A DNA stretch of 61,598 nt, counting the filler, from Bipalium vagum (Eukaryota): assembly GCA_037834085.1 (NCBI GenBank). It is 3 parts of 3 records of this genome, joined end to end, with 100 filler letters (N's around TTAATTAATTAA, not from the genome) between each part and the next. Parts side by side here need not be neighbours in the genome. Positions count along the whole stretch, not along the records: positions 34,656 to 61,598 come from JBBMKC010115495.1; 2 more parts are not named here. One strand, 5' to 3'. This document shows, piece after piece, positions 49,472-61,598 of this stretch. Position 1 is the first letter of the stretch. The number at the start of each line of letters is the position of its first letter. A program made the translations under genes and the position numbers. Below the pieces are notes generated by a model, which saw only the letters and a list, made by a program, of their open reading frames with translations, had not been told where the DNA came from and made no database searches.

Positions 49472-49851
49472 TACGATTTATTTATTTATTTGACAATTTT
49501 TAAAAAATATATTCAGGAGTGAATAAATTAGTCAAAAATCAGTAAATAATTTTCCTATTAGAATTATATGATTAAATTAATGATCATTCATATGTTTACA
49601 AAAAAACTATTAAATTCTATGAAGTTAATATATTTTTGTAATCTAACTAATAACATATATAAAGAATCTTGGAATTAATCTATTTTGTTTAAAAATAGGT
49701 AATTTAATTAAAAGCGCACAAGACTTTGTTAAATTAAAACTAAAAATAGGACACATTCTACATGTAATAGAGATTCGTAATAAAAATCAAAGATATATTT
49801 GTTTTAATTATTAATACTTTTATTATTATTATCATTATTATTTAGTTAATA

Positions 49852-50808
49852 CAGTCAACCATCGTTAATCCGAATATCAATAATCCGAAAACTTCATAGT
49901 CCGAAAAGAAATTTATTTATTTAGTCAATTTTCAAACGTTTCCAGACAAATTGGATTCATTAATCCGAAACTTCATGATCCGTAATCGGAAAGCCCTTTT
50001 TTGAATTAAAATTCTAATAATTTTTAAAAGCTTCAGATTAATGTTGTTGAAATATTAAGCTTGTTTACAATTTTAATTTATTTAAATTAAATATCCATAT
50101 GGCTGGAAAAAGAACAGAAATTAAATTTCATCAAAAGGCAAAAATTTGTACAATAAAGGAGTCAAAGAAAATGTCGCTGAGTGACTTTCTACCTTTCTTT
50201 ATCAGAAATTTTGAAAAATAAAGAGAAATGGGAAAATTGAGAAAACTCAAACACTTACTCCAAACAAACTTCGAAAAATCATTCTGTGCTTGAGAATTCA
50301 TTGATCGAATGGATGCGATAAATGGTGACTGATGAAATTATAATTACAAAAGCAAAGGATTTTTAAAAATGAAATGTTGATCACTTGCAATTTAGTAAAG
50401 GATTTTCTATAGGTTTCAAAATCGATTTAATCTGAAATTTAAAGTTCTCCATGGAGAGGCAAATTCAATAAATGATATTGATGTTTCAGCTCATAGAAAA
50501 AATGGTTGAAAAATTGATAGGAATTGACCCTGAAGTTAAACTGAATATGGATGCAACTAGACTTTTCAAATATAAAAAGTCATTGATGATGATGATGAAA
50601 TCATTGCACTGTGTCAAGAAAAATACACTGTTGAAGATGTACTTAGTGCTGAAGGTGGTCAGGTCGATGACAATTACATAAGTCCAATTATCGTTGCTAT
50701 TATATTAAAAAATGATTTTATAGATTTTAAATTCCTTCATTATCCGAATTAATTCACAATCCAAAAGGAAATCGATTTCTAATTTTTCGGATTAATAAGT
50801 GTTGACTG
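49852..50808 (+). mobile_element. Internally deleted pogo/Tigger element with both TIRs
   Basis: TA|CAGTCAACCATCGTTAATCCGAA ... TTCGGATTAATAAGTGTTGACTG|TA, with subterminal TAATCCGA repeats. Remnant MAGKRTEIKFHQKAKIC...LENSLIEW...LHGEANS...NMDATRLF. Confidence 0.9.
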
Positions 50809-53800
50809 TATTATTAAAAATTACTATTAAATATGAATAGTGATAATATTAATGTTCTAAACTTCAAAAGTTATTTTAATTTTGCAAATTAAAAAATTAT
50901 CATAAAAAGGTTGTTGATAAATTATTGAAAAAGATATTCTTTTTGAGAACTTAAAATCTGATTAAAAATGAAAGCAAAAAAAAAATAAAGATAAATTATA
51001 AAATAAATAAAATTGATGTAATTCTAATTAGTAAAAAAATCTGTCACAATATTTTAGAATTTGCAAAAAAGCTAATTAATTTAAGAAACCTACACGTCTT
51101 TCAAGAAAGAATGAATATATTTTTTTAATAATTTACTAAAAAATATTTTTGAAAACTTAATTTTACTATTTAAGACATCTTGTAATTATTACAAAACAAT
51201 TCCATGTTAATTTTAAAATATAATTAAGAATAATAAAACCAATAATAATAAATATTATTTAACTTATAATTATACTAAACTTACTTTATACTAGCAATTT
51301 TAGGTTTTCAAAGAAATGTAAAGGTAAAAAAATCATTAATTTAAAGTCAATATTTATTATATTAATCTCATTGGCTAATAATCAGCAAATATAAAGAGAA
51401 TAATGAGGATTATAATATTTTGCACAAAAATATTTTGCTAATATTAGAAATGAAATTGAGGCCTTGCTAAAAACTAATTCACTTTTATTAACTTAATTGT
51501 TTAAAATTATATAAAATAAAATTATATTGAAATTGTTTAGGTTTTTAATTTAAGGTTTATTTGATATTAATAATTTTAAAATATTTTTTTATAATTTAAA
51601 TAAATTATCTTATTTAAATAATTGTAACAGTCAAGTGCTTTTATAATAAATAATTTGATGATACAAGAGAAAAATTAGCTACAGAAAAAATATTTTTATC
51701 AGAGTTTATTTAAAGTAAATATTGAGTTGGTAAATAATTAGGTATTGTTTTTTTGTTAATTTATCAGAAGGAAGCTCTATTAATTCATCAAATTTCAAAT
51801 TTTTCACAGAAATTTAATGTTCAATTTCTTTAATTTTAAGAAGTAAAATTCCAATTGATATGTAATGGTGTCATTAATACTTTAAAAGCAGCAATATATA
51901 TTCTATTTAAATTCAAGGCTTTCGTGTTGTGTAGTTAAGATAATCATGTGATCAATACTTCTTTAAATATCTAGATTAATTTGTTGTTATTTATGAGGAG
52001 GCTAATCAAACCTAGAGAATTTTTTTTATTGCTTATTGCAATTATTTTAAAATATTTAAAAAGTATTTATGAAATTTTAATAAACTTATTTTTAAAATTT
52101 AATAAAAAAAATTTCCAGGCCTGAGAAAATTTGTTTAAATATGATTTGCTTTATCTTTTAATACATTTATTCAAAAATGACTTGTAGTTCTGATTATAAC
52201 CCGATTGATATTAACATTCATAATCACATACTAGGTAGTCGTTGAGTCGAATTGCTATTCAGATTATAATAGTCAGAATTGAAATTCATATTAATGTTCA
52301 GACTATTAAATTGAAATCAATGGATCTTTGAAAAATGGTATTTTTTATATATACGTTTTTGACTCACAAAACATATTTTTTAATTCTTACATTCTTTCTA
52401 GCAGTTTGAGACTCATATTTATCTCTGACAGTTATTATTCGAAATTCTGGATATATATAATATAAAATATTTTGAACAACTTAAGTAGAATTGTAAATAG
52501 TTGTTAAATTATGAGTTAAATCTGGAAAATCATTAATTCTATTGAATTGTTGGTGTACAAAATTTTCCTAATCAACTTTTAATCATTTTGAAATAATACT
52601 CCAATAAAACCAAATGATTTAATTGAATTTTATCCAGTACATTTTTAAGAAAATATAAAATCATTATTTATAAATTTATAAATATTAATTTATTGAAAAT
52701 TCAATAAATAATAAGAGTTTTATTAATTCAGCATTAAAAATTAAAAATCTGAACGATTTTCTTTACGATCTCCATAAAAAGGTTTTAATTACAATGGAAT
52801 ATTTTAATTACATATTTGACAACCAGTAGAAAAATTCCAATATTCAATATGATGGCATCTATAAACTTCCTTTAGTAATTAGTACTTTAGAAATGATGAT
52901 AAACATTTCTGAAGACATTCATCGTAATAATAGAATTTAATAAGTTTTCGGACATAATGAACGATTTGCACAGTAAACAGTCTCTTCGAAGGTGGTCACA
53001 AACTGTGGTATTTTCAATTCAAAATATATCTGCAATTGCGCGAGTTGATTGTTGAAAATTGAATTCGATTAAGACTTTAAAATGACTCACCAATAATCTC
53101 TGGTCGCCCTGAATGATGAATGAATGTTGAATATATGTTTCCAGAACGGAATTTATTTTAACAACTTTGAGCATATCGTTTGATAATTGAATTGTTGCCC
53201 ATTGTCTGTCAAATATTATGCTTAGCCTCTGGTGCATTTTTAATTTAAATTGATATAATAAACATATTCAAATTTTCGCAGTTACCTTTGTCTTTTATAC
53301 CGATTTGTTTTAATATTATTCAAGAAACCTAATATAAAGTTATATTTCAATAAAGGTTTGCCTATTTTAATATTATAAATCAATAATTTTAAAATTATTA
53401 ATCGAAATTCTACTATTATTGCTTTAAAGTTTGCCTAAGCAAAACTGACAATACTTTTCCCTCAACCTAATAAATTTGAAATTAAAGGTTTATACAGTAT
53501 GAGTATCGTGTACGTTGTTAATATAGAAAATTTTCCATTATTGCAATTAAAAATTTGCTAAAAATTCTTTATCATTCATGAAATATAAACTAAATCAAAT
53601 TTAATACTATAAATAAAAACTTATATAATATATAATATAATAATTGTATAATATTCACCTGTCAACATTCTTATACACGTTTTAGTTTTGTGATAGGTGT
53701 GCTTACACTCCAATTTTACATTTGTACGAATCCAGATATTCTACTAATTGAATCAATGACATTTCAACGAGCAATGACAGGTTCAGTTGCCATTAAGGAG

Positions 53801-56599
53801 AAAATTAGTTGTCTTGTTTATGAAAATACTAAGGTGCAAATAACTATAAGATGCTCCTAATCTTAATTTCGATGATTTAAGTTTTCTTTTGGTTATTCTA
53901 TCATGCTTATATTATAGAAAAATATCAATATTCCATTCTGCTTATCAAAGTTTCTTATTTATGTCAAAAGCAACTTTTGTTATGTATATTATTATATTCT
54001 ATAATTACACTGCAGAACCGAATGTGTCAAATAATGAAAATTTCAGAACATAAATCATTCTACTTTAGTTCACTAAGGTAATCAAAATTAAAATTATGGA
54101 TACGTTTGTAGATGCTATGGAAGTCGGTCAAATAAAGGTATCTTGGTTGTACTACAAATAATCATGAAGAATACAGTTTTCAACCTTTATATTAAACACA
54201 ATTGTTAAGTTTTGTTAAAAATAGATGTAAAAGAATTTGGCAACTTAATATACAAGGGTTCAAGTTTTCAAAAAGATACACCCGAGCCTAACTTTTGTAG
54301 GTTATAAATTTAATATTTAAAGTACAATGAGCTTGTTTAAGATTAACTTCAAATCGGTAAATATGAAGTTAAACAAATGAAAATGTCAAAATTTTAAACA
54401 TAGAATATTTTTAATGACATCACCAAAATAAAAATATTGAACAGACTTAAATGCTTAGTAACTGAGTCAAAGTCAAATTTGTATTAAATATAAATTACTC
54501 AAATAAACCTTTCGCAATAAATTTTTGTTTCAAGTTTAGAACCTGGCGAAAAAAAGTTTAAAAAGTCAGATCACACTTCGATAACTTCTCTGAAGGTCTT
54601 TCAGATAAAATTTTGGTTCTCTTTTTAATTTTACATGAAGAACACAGAGACGTTATCTTTTTCCATTTCAAGTGTTCTAAATGCCATCTGTATAATGTGA
54701 CTGATTCAATTTTAACTATCAGTAAAGCAATTCGCACTCTTCCTTCCACTCATAACAATTTTCGGAAATTCTATTTCTTAGAAAAATGTAAATTAAATAT
54801 ATTTATTTCCGAGCTACAAAATCGAATACTTACTTTTTACATACCCTTTATATATTAATTAGTAAATATCAATATTTAAAAACATCGTCTTTTAATGTTT
54901 CTTTATCGTTTCTTACTGATTGTTAGCAAAAATGTTTTAACTTTCGGAAAGGGAAAGAAAAGACTTTCCTTAAACAAATGGCTAAGGCATTCGAATTGAA
55001 ATATTAATCCGAGACATTAATCTATTCTTACTGATATTCAGATTAATATTGAACTCTAATTTAAGACTGATAATATACTCATTCACCAATATTGAAATAA
55101 AAGACATTTTTTGAAAAGGAAACAAATGATTAATTTCCCTCAAATAACAATCTCGAGATTTGAAAGAAACAGAATCATAGGAGATAATTTTTACATTGGT
55201 CCCTTACTGAAACATTACCACCATGTAAATTTATTTGATTTCTTGGTCTTACGCCTTACAGAAGTATTGGTTATTTTTATTGAGCGCTTTACTTCGTCAA
55301 TTTTCTAGATCTACTTCACCTTATTTTTTTAAAGAAAGATATTAGTGATCAACGAGATGTAATCATTTCCTCTTTTTTATGTAATTTGGTTTCGGAAAGT
55401 GTAGTACAAATTTTCATAATTTAACCATCGATCAGATATTTTCTTGTTGATTTTCATTATGCGTTTGTTAATGGTACACAAAAGAATCAAGGTTTTAGAA
55501 AACATTTTTCTATCTTTTAATTACGCCTCACACATTTTCCAGTTCTTTCAATTTTCAGGTTTACTTTAAATGCCGGTTAAAAATACAATTCTTTTGTAAT
55601 CCTAACCATAGTTATCCTTGAGAAAGTTTTTTTCATCTTCAACACTCTCAAATTCACAGAACCTAAGAAGCAACTATTGCTCTGTACATTCTTCAGTGAT
55701 ACAGAATACACCATTTTGTGGACTGTTCAGATTTTAATGAGTTAATTGAATGTCAAATATAAGGTAATCAAAATTTGTCAGAATATTTACTAAAAAAAAG
55801 CTTGAAAAAGCATGTACATGGTAGATAATAAAATTCCACAACTTTAGCTGCTTAAAATCAAAGGTACATAAGACAACAATAAATCTTATTTCATTACTCA
55901 AAGTAGTCGCCTTATAACAATAATATTAATCAGTATTTAATAATAATAAAGTACACACATATAATTTTATAATTAAATAAATTAAAACATATTTAAGAAG
56001 TACAGAAACATAAATTTATTCCTTTTTTGTCTAATATTAAACCTAAAAATATTAAATGAATAAAAATTTATTTTATTATTAATAGTTTTATAATTTTTAA
56101 AAATGTAATTAAATATATAATTAAAAATATTATACTGTATAATTTTAAAAGAAAACAAAATAATAAAAAAAAATTTTATGATATTTCGGCAAAGACCTTT
56201 AATCAGTTCTTTAATCAGTTAGTATTAAAAATTGATAAGTTGATCTCAATATGAATTTATTAGGAAGTCTGCTAAAAGTATGTTAAGGATTTAAAAAATA
56301 ATACTTTAAAGAAATTCTGATGTTAGGAAATTTAATGAGCTTAGGAAAAAATGTCTGTACTGCAATTATTAGAGGAATTCTGCATGGTGAGCTTTAGAAA
56401 ACCGTCAAAATAATAGAAGTCCGTTTTTAATTTTTATTCTAAAAGAATTATATTTTCACCTTAATATATGACTTAATTGTAAAATAATATAAAAATGAGG
56501 TCTAGTGGAATGTTTATAAAAAATCATTTTAAGGTCCAATTTTCAGTAATCAAAAATTTTATTTCGAGTTTATGAAAAAAAATTTTTTTTAAATCATAT

Positions 56600-57620
56600 A
56601 TTAGGTATATGCATTGAAAGTGAGCCTTTTTAAAATAACTAATAAAGAAAATTTATTAACCTGTTTAAATAAGCTATTTGAATATATGTTTATACATTTT
56701 TCAAAAATAATCTAAAAAATATTCTGATATCTTAGTTTTGTACTTTTTAGATATCAGTTTATAAACCAAATAATAAACATTTGCATGAATTGATGTTATT
56801 TCATTTTGATATGAAAAAATCTGCAACAAAAAGCCACAGAAGCTTTGTTGGAGCTTAATGGGACAATGTTCTATCAAAAGCGCTTGCAAAAGATGGTTTG
56901 TACATTTTTTAAAATGAGCGAATTTGTAGTGGAAGATAAAGAGCGCCCTGGAGAAGCGAAAATATTTGAGGATCAAGACCAGTTTGACCTCAAAAACTCA
57001 TTAAATGCATTTTAATCTTCAATTAGCAGACGTCTAAAAGCCATTGAAAAGGTATACAATGTCTGAAGATGGGTACCACATGACCTCAAGTTGAAAGACA
57101 TGGAAGGACGAAAAGTCACAAGTAAAATTTTGCTTGCTCGGCAACAAAGGAAAAGTTTCCTTCATCGAATTATTACGGGTGACGGAATTTTGATTTCTTT
57201 CAAAAACTCTAAACTCAGAAAAACGATTTCTGAATTGTCCGATTCCGGACAGGCCTCCTAAGCAACAACAAGAGGAAATCCATGGGAACAAGGTTCTCCT
57301 AAACATCTAGTGAAAAATTGTGTGATCAATCATGAGTTGATTAAACAAGATAAAAAGGTTACAGGGGAGTTGTATCGAAAGCAATTAATACTTCTGAGCC
57401 AGACATTGCGCAAAAAACCCAGAAAAGGCAGTATAAAGTAATTTTGGCTACACACCAACAAACTAGTCCAGAAAATGTTAGAGTTGCTTTGATGGGAAGT
57501 GCTAGCCTATGTGGCTTATTCACCAGACTTCGCCAATTTTGTCTACTTTCGGTTTCGGTCGATGGCACACTCACTTTCTGAAAAGCGCTTCCGATCCGTT
57601 GAGAAAGCTGAACAGCCACC
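56600..57620 (+). mobile_element. Decayed mariner (mauritiana-like), relative of 33140-34110
   Basis: Left end TA|TTAGGTATATGCATTGAAAGTGAGCCTTTTT; VEDKERPG, RWVPHDL, FLHRIITGD, VAYSPDFA. Confidence 0.88.
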
Positions 57621-57899
57621 AAAAATGCCGATTTCGTTTTAAATAAATTATTTTTTTTCGTTTTATGTTTACTTAATATTTATATTACTTATTAAATAGA
57701 TAAACAATATTTTAGCAAAGGCTAACTTTCAAAGCATAAATTTAATATTTTGTTGATCTTGAGAAAATAAATGTAAGTTGATAAAGTTGATAAACCTGTG
57801 AGATCGACAGGCTATTGCACACAAAAATGATATCATGTATCATAAATGATACATGTAATTATCCAACAAGAAATTATTTTTGAAAATAGATATTTTCAA

Positions 57900-58130
57900 G
57901 AAGTCGAATATAAATGCACCGAAAACTTCAGCTTTGTGCCCTGCTGGAGTGTGAAAACCAATTTCATCTAACATATACACCGGATCTATCGCATACTGAA
58001 TATCATTTATTTTTACCATTCTTCTCACTTGCTGCATGATAAAATCGTCCACAACAACATTACTGTCCAGAAAGCCTTCCGTGAGTTTATCAATTCCAGG
58101 AGACCGGACTTCAAAGTCATTCTACTAAAT
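57900..58130 (+). mobile_element. Mariner 3' fragment
   Basis: HLTYTPDLSHTEYHLF (YSPDLSPTDYHLF-like) and VQKAFREFINSRRPDF. Confidence 0.75.
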
Positions 58131-58696
58131 AAATCTCTTTCGCGGTTACAGAAATGTATTGTCCTGGAATATATTCGAATAAAACAATCCTTTGTCTTAT
58201 GAGATTTTTAATAATTAATTTATCGGTCAAAAAATGTAAATATTTTTTACCAAATTTCATAGAATTGAAAATTTTAAATAGGTGATATGAAATATTTTAT
58301 TTTCTACGAAACTTTTCAATTTCTTTGGACCAAAGAATCATTTCATGTTTATGTATCAGGATTCATCTTCATTTAATATGGGTACTACTACTACTACTAC
58401 TACTTCTTTTTAATTATTTTTAATTTAAATGTTCAGTTAATATTGTACATGGCATGGATGTTTTTGCGTTGGATTTATGAGAAAACAGTAGTTTTTTGCT
58501 TCTTAATATTCTTAAAACATCAATGATTTTGACTTTTCCCAATAATCAAGGGCTTTTCGAAATTACTAACAACAAGAACTAGTAGAAAAACTGAAAATTT
58601 TTCATCTGATCTTTTTCCGTTAGCATTTTACTTCCTTTTAACGTATTGCTCAGTCAGGTATGTTAATATTTTACTAGATATTATTTTTTTATCTTT

Positions 58697-59145
58697 ACCT
58701 GGTGCGTCGTATAATCGCGGACTATTTTGAATCAGTCAACCTAATCAAACAGAAAAACAGCTCTGCCTATTTGATGATATTTTTGTGTTGATTGGAATTT
58801 GATATATAATTGATTAAAATTTTTTTTATAGATTTCATATTTTCGATGAACATAAACGACGAAAGGCAAGCGTTAGTTGTTTTACTCCAAGCCCAAAAAT
58901 TTGTAAATGAGATTATGGATATATTAAAATTCTCAACAACAATCACCTATAAAATTAAATATAACCTGGCAAACTATGGCAGCGCCTTGAAGCCCAGAAA
59001 AGCACGAAAAAGGAGAGTAAGAACAAAAAAATTGATTGAAAAAGTCCAAAACAGGATAAGTTATAATCCTGTGAGGTCAATGCTCAAAATGTCCAATGAA
59101 ATGAGTATTTCAGAATCTACAATGCACCCGGTAAATGAATATTGA
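58697..59145 (+). mobile_element. maT/Tc1-like transposon 5' fragment
   Basis: TA|CCTGGTGCGTCGTATAATC left end. ORF from ATG 58846: ERQALVVLLQA...RKRRVRTKKLIEKVQNRISYNPVRSMLKMSNEMSISESTM (paired HTH DNA-binding region), truncated. Confidence 0.8.
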
Positions 59146-59389
59146 TGAAGAAACAGATAGTTCAAATCTGATGATGATACTAATCCTATACAAAAAGATG
59201 ATATTCATAAAATTTAGTACAATTTAAAAAAATTACCAGCACAGTATTACCCTGATCAATTTCAAGAAATATTTTAAAATAAGTGGTTGAAATCAAAAAG
59301 AAAATATTTGTTACTTGTTAGAATAAAAATTTTAACACTCATTTTGTGTTCTGCTTTATTAATAAATTTAGTACTTTCCCTATAAATTG

Positions 59390-59465
59390 TAAAACAGGGA
59401 CTACCTCCAAAAAAGTGACCACTTCTGGAAACAGTGATCACTTTTAAGAAGTCCCATTATATTAA
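59390..59465 (+). mobile_element. pogo/Tigger-type MITE terminus
   Basis: CAGGGACTACCTCC...AGTGACCACTT...AGTGATCACTTT...GTCCC, resembling the subterminal repeats of pogo-derived MITEs. Confidence 0.45.
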
Positions 59466-60526
59466 AAAGAAATATAAGAAGTAATTAAAGTCAATTTAAT
59501 TATAATTATTCTAAATCAATAAAAATGTAGAGATTTTGAGTGCTTAATTTTGCATTATTTTTCAAACTATTAAAATATAATTTTAAAAAATCAGTAATAT
59601 AAACACCAGAATTATCTCTTACATTTTTTGCTAAGAAAAGATCTGGAAAGTTGTCCCACTTTTTCTGAACCCATTTTCTGACAGATTCTTAAAAATGAAA
59701 GGAAGGATAAACAAATTTAGATAAAAATATATTTTTCAATTTAATGTTCTACTTGATAAATACCATATGTATAAAGTTGATTCCTCCGAACAAGATAAAA
59801 TTAGAAGTCACATAAATCAACCTTAGGAATTTTCTAAAATTAATTTCCTAACTCTGTGAGGGGTTGGGGCACATTCGACATAAAATGCTTCCTTAAAGGT
59901 TAAGTTTACCAATTAAACCAAAGTCATGAATTTTTTGAAAAATTTTCCATATTTAGGGAAATATTGATCGTAAACAGCTTTTCAAAATATTTGTAAGTCG
60001 AAGAGAATTTTTAAAAATTCTGGTTCTCTGATACATGAATGACGGCTCTTTATTAAGGATAATGTTTTATAACAAAAATTGAATTATCTGTTATGATTTT
60101 TTATAAGATTAAATATAAAGTATACATAAAATTAGATCATACATATATTAACCAATATTCAACACATTATAAGTTTCTTAAGATTATTTATATTTTAATA
60201 TTAATTATTCATATTGATTTGTGTATTATCTGTAATTAATTTGTATTACTTAATATTGATACTACTTACACATAATCAATAGTGTTGTTATTTAAAATAT
60301 ACAAATGTATAATTTTAATTTACGTATTTCAGTCTATGTAATTTTGATAAATTATTATAATTTAAAGCTTTATTTCTGGTTCATATCACTTTTCTGGACC
60401 TGCAAATTTACATTCAGGAGATTTATCTCAATAATATTTTATTAAATCTCAAGTTTGAATTGTCAAATATATTTAATTATTAAACCATTGGATTTTAAAT
60501 TCTTTATCTTTTAATTTATGTATTTA

Positions 60527-61598
60527 TCAGGTTGTTCGGAAATAAATTAGCTTTTTTTCGAATGAAAAAGAAAATTAAAAAATTTTTGACTTAAGACATT
60601 ATTAAAAATAATTTCCATTACATTTAATACATTGTTTCCAACGTGATTGAAGACTTAATATTCCTTTTTCATAGAAATCGTGTTTACGAGACACGACAAA
60701 TTCCTCAAATACCTGTATTACGGTGTCGTAACTATTGAAAACCTTTCAAGACAGGAAATAATTTAATGCTTGAAATAAATAATAATCCGTTGGAGATAAG
60801 TCCGGTGAATATGCCGGATGTGGAAAAATCTCATATCCAAGGTCATTTACCTTTTGCAGTGTTTGTTTTGCGACATATGGCCTCGCATTGTTATGCAGCA
60901 AAACTGGAATATTTCTGTTTACAATTGCTGGATGCAAAACTTTTAATTTTTGATACATACGTTCCAATTGATTGCAATATACATCTGATGTTATTGGTTC
61001 ACCGCTTTTTAGGAATTCGTAATGAATCAAACCCGCCTGACACCACCAAACTGATATCAACATCTTTTTTGGATGCAAACTTGGTTTTGGAGAACAATTT
61101 GAAACTGAACCACGATCTACCCACTCATATGGGCGTTTACGGTTATTGTAAAGGATCCATTTTTCATCACACGTAATTATTCTGCGCTAAAAATGGATCA
61201 TTTTTATTTCTTTGAATCAGTTTTGAGCAGATATCATATCTCATTTGTTTTTGATAATCAGTTAATAAATGCGGTAATCGCTTATTTAACTTTTTAACCT
61301 TGCTAATTTCCTTTAGATGTTGAGAAACAGTTGAAATAGATACTGATAATTGCTTGGATAAATTTCTTCCTGTATTCTGTAGGTTTGATTCAATAATTGT
61401 CTTCAAATCATCATTGTTAACTGAAGTTTTCCACCCACGACCCTCTGCATCACTGAGATCAAATTTTCCAAGACGGAATTTGGCAAACCACCAACGAGTA
61501 GTTGATTCTGTTACATAACCGTCTCCGAAAGCTCTGTTTATATTTCTGGTTGCATCTGCCGCAGAATTTCCAAGTTTAAATTCGTAGAGATATATTGC
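60527..61598 (-). mobile_element. Mariner (DD34D), best-preserved copy, extends beyond window end
   Basis: TIR TA|TCAGGTTGTTCGGAAATAAATTAGC at 60527. ORFs 61167-61406 and 60746-61078 carry KMLISVWW, LHNNARPY, HPAYSPDLSPTDYYLF; N-terminal HTH at 61400-61598. Frameshifts and premature stops present. Confidence 0.95.

Noticed and set aside
53841-53860. TAACTATAAGATGCTCCTAA resembling the LSU rRNA I-CeuI site
   Set aside because: Short gapped similarity with no flanking rRNA homology.
60766-61176. 136-aa ORF on + and similar ORFs (10978-11169, 11070-11288, 33581-33811, 57034-57306, 57359-57622, 36092-36307, 25148-25339, 18925-19119)
   Set aside because: Antisense shadows of transposase, integrase or host exons.

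Overview
Very AT-rich eukaryotic DNA with spliceosomal introns and many decayed transposons. Composition, intron sizes and the mariner load suggest a flatworm (planarian-like) genome; this is an inference. The window is three contigs joined by two artificial 100-nt linkers (18129-18228, 34556-34655). Hand-splicing reveals three co-oriented minus-strand genes that the ORF track mostly misses, all mitochondria-related: ICT1/MRPL58 (6 exons, 25569-24769), TRIAP1/Mdm35 (2 exons, 23952-23682) and the first 8 coding exons of a VPS13D-like gene (23517-18591, running into a gap). Only 164 nt separate the TRIAP1 stop from the VPS13D ATG, and that spacer reads AATAAA, U-rich tract, 3' splice acceptor. 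This is the architecture of a trans-spliced operon or bicistronic transcript and is the main candidate system. An intronless NPY/PrRP-type neuropeptide GPCR lies at 38542-37379 (-), directly beside a Gypsy remnant. A candidate unannotated spliced 40-aa micro-gene (31646-31810, +) has a partial upstream duplicate. The remainder is mariner, maT, Tc1, pogo/Tigger, hAT-Buster and Chapaev3-like remnants, a hairpin-rich solo-LTR-like element and a few unexplained GC-richer islands.
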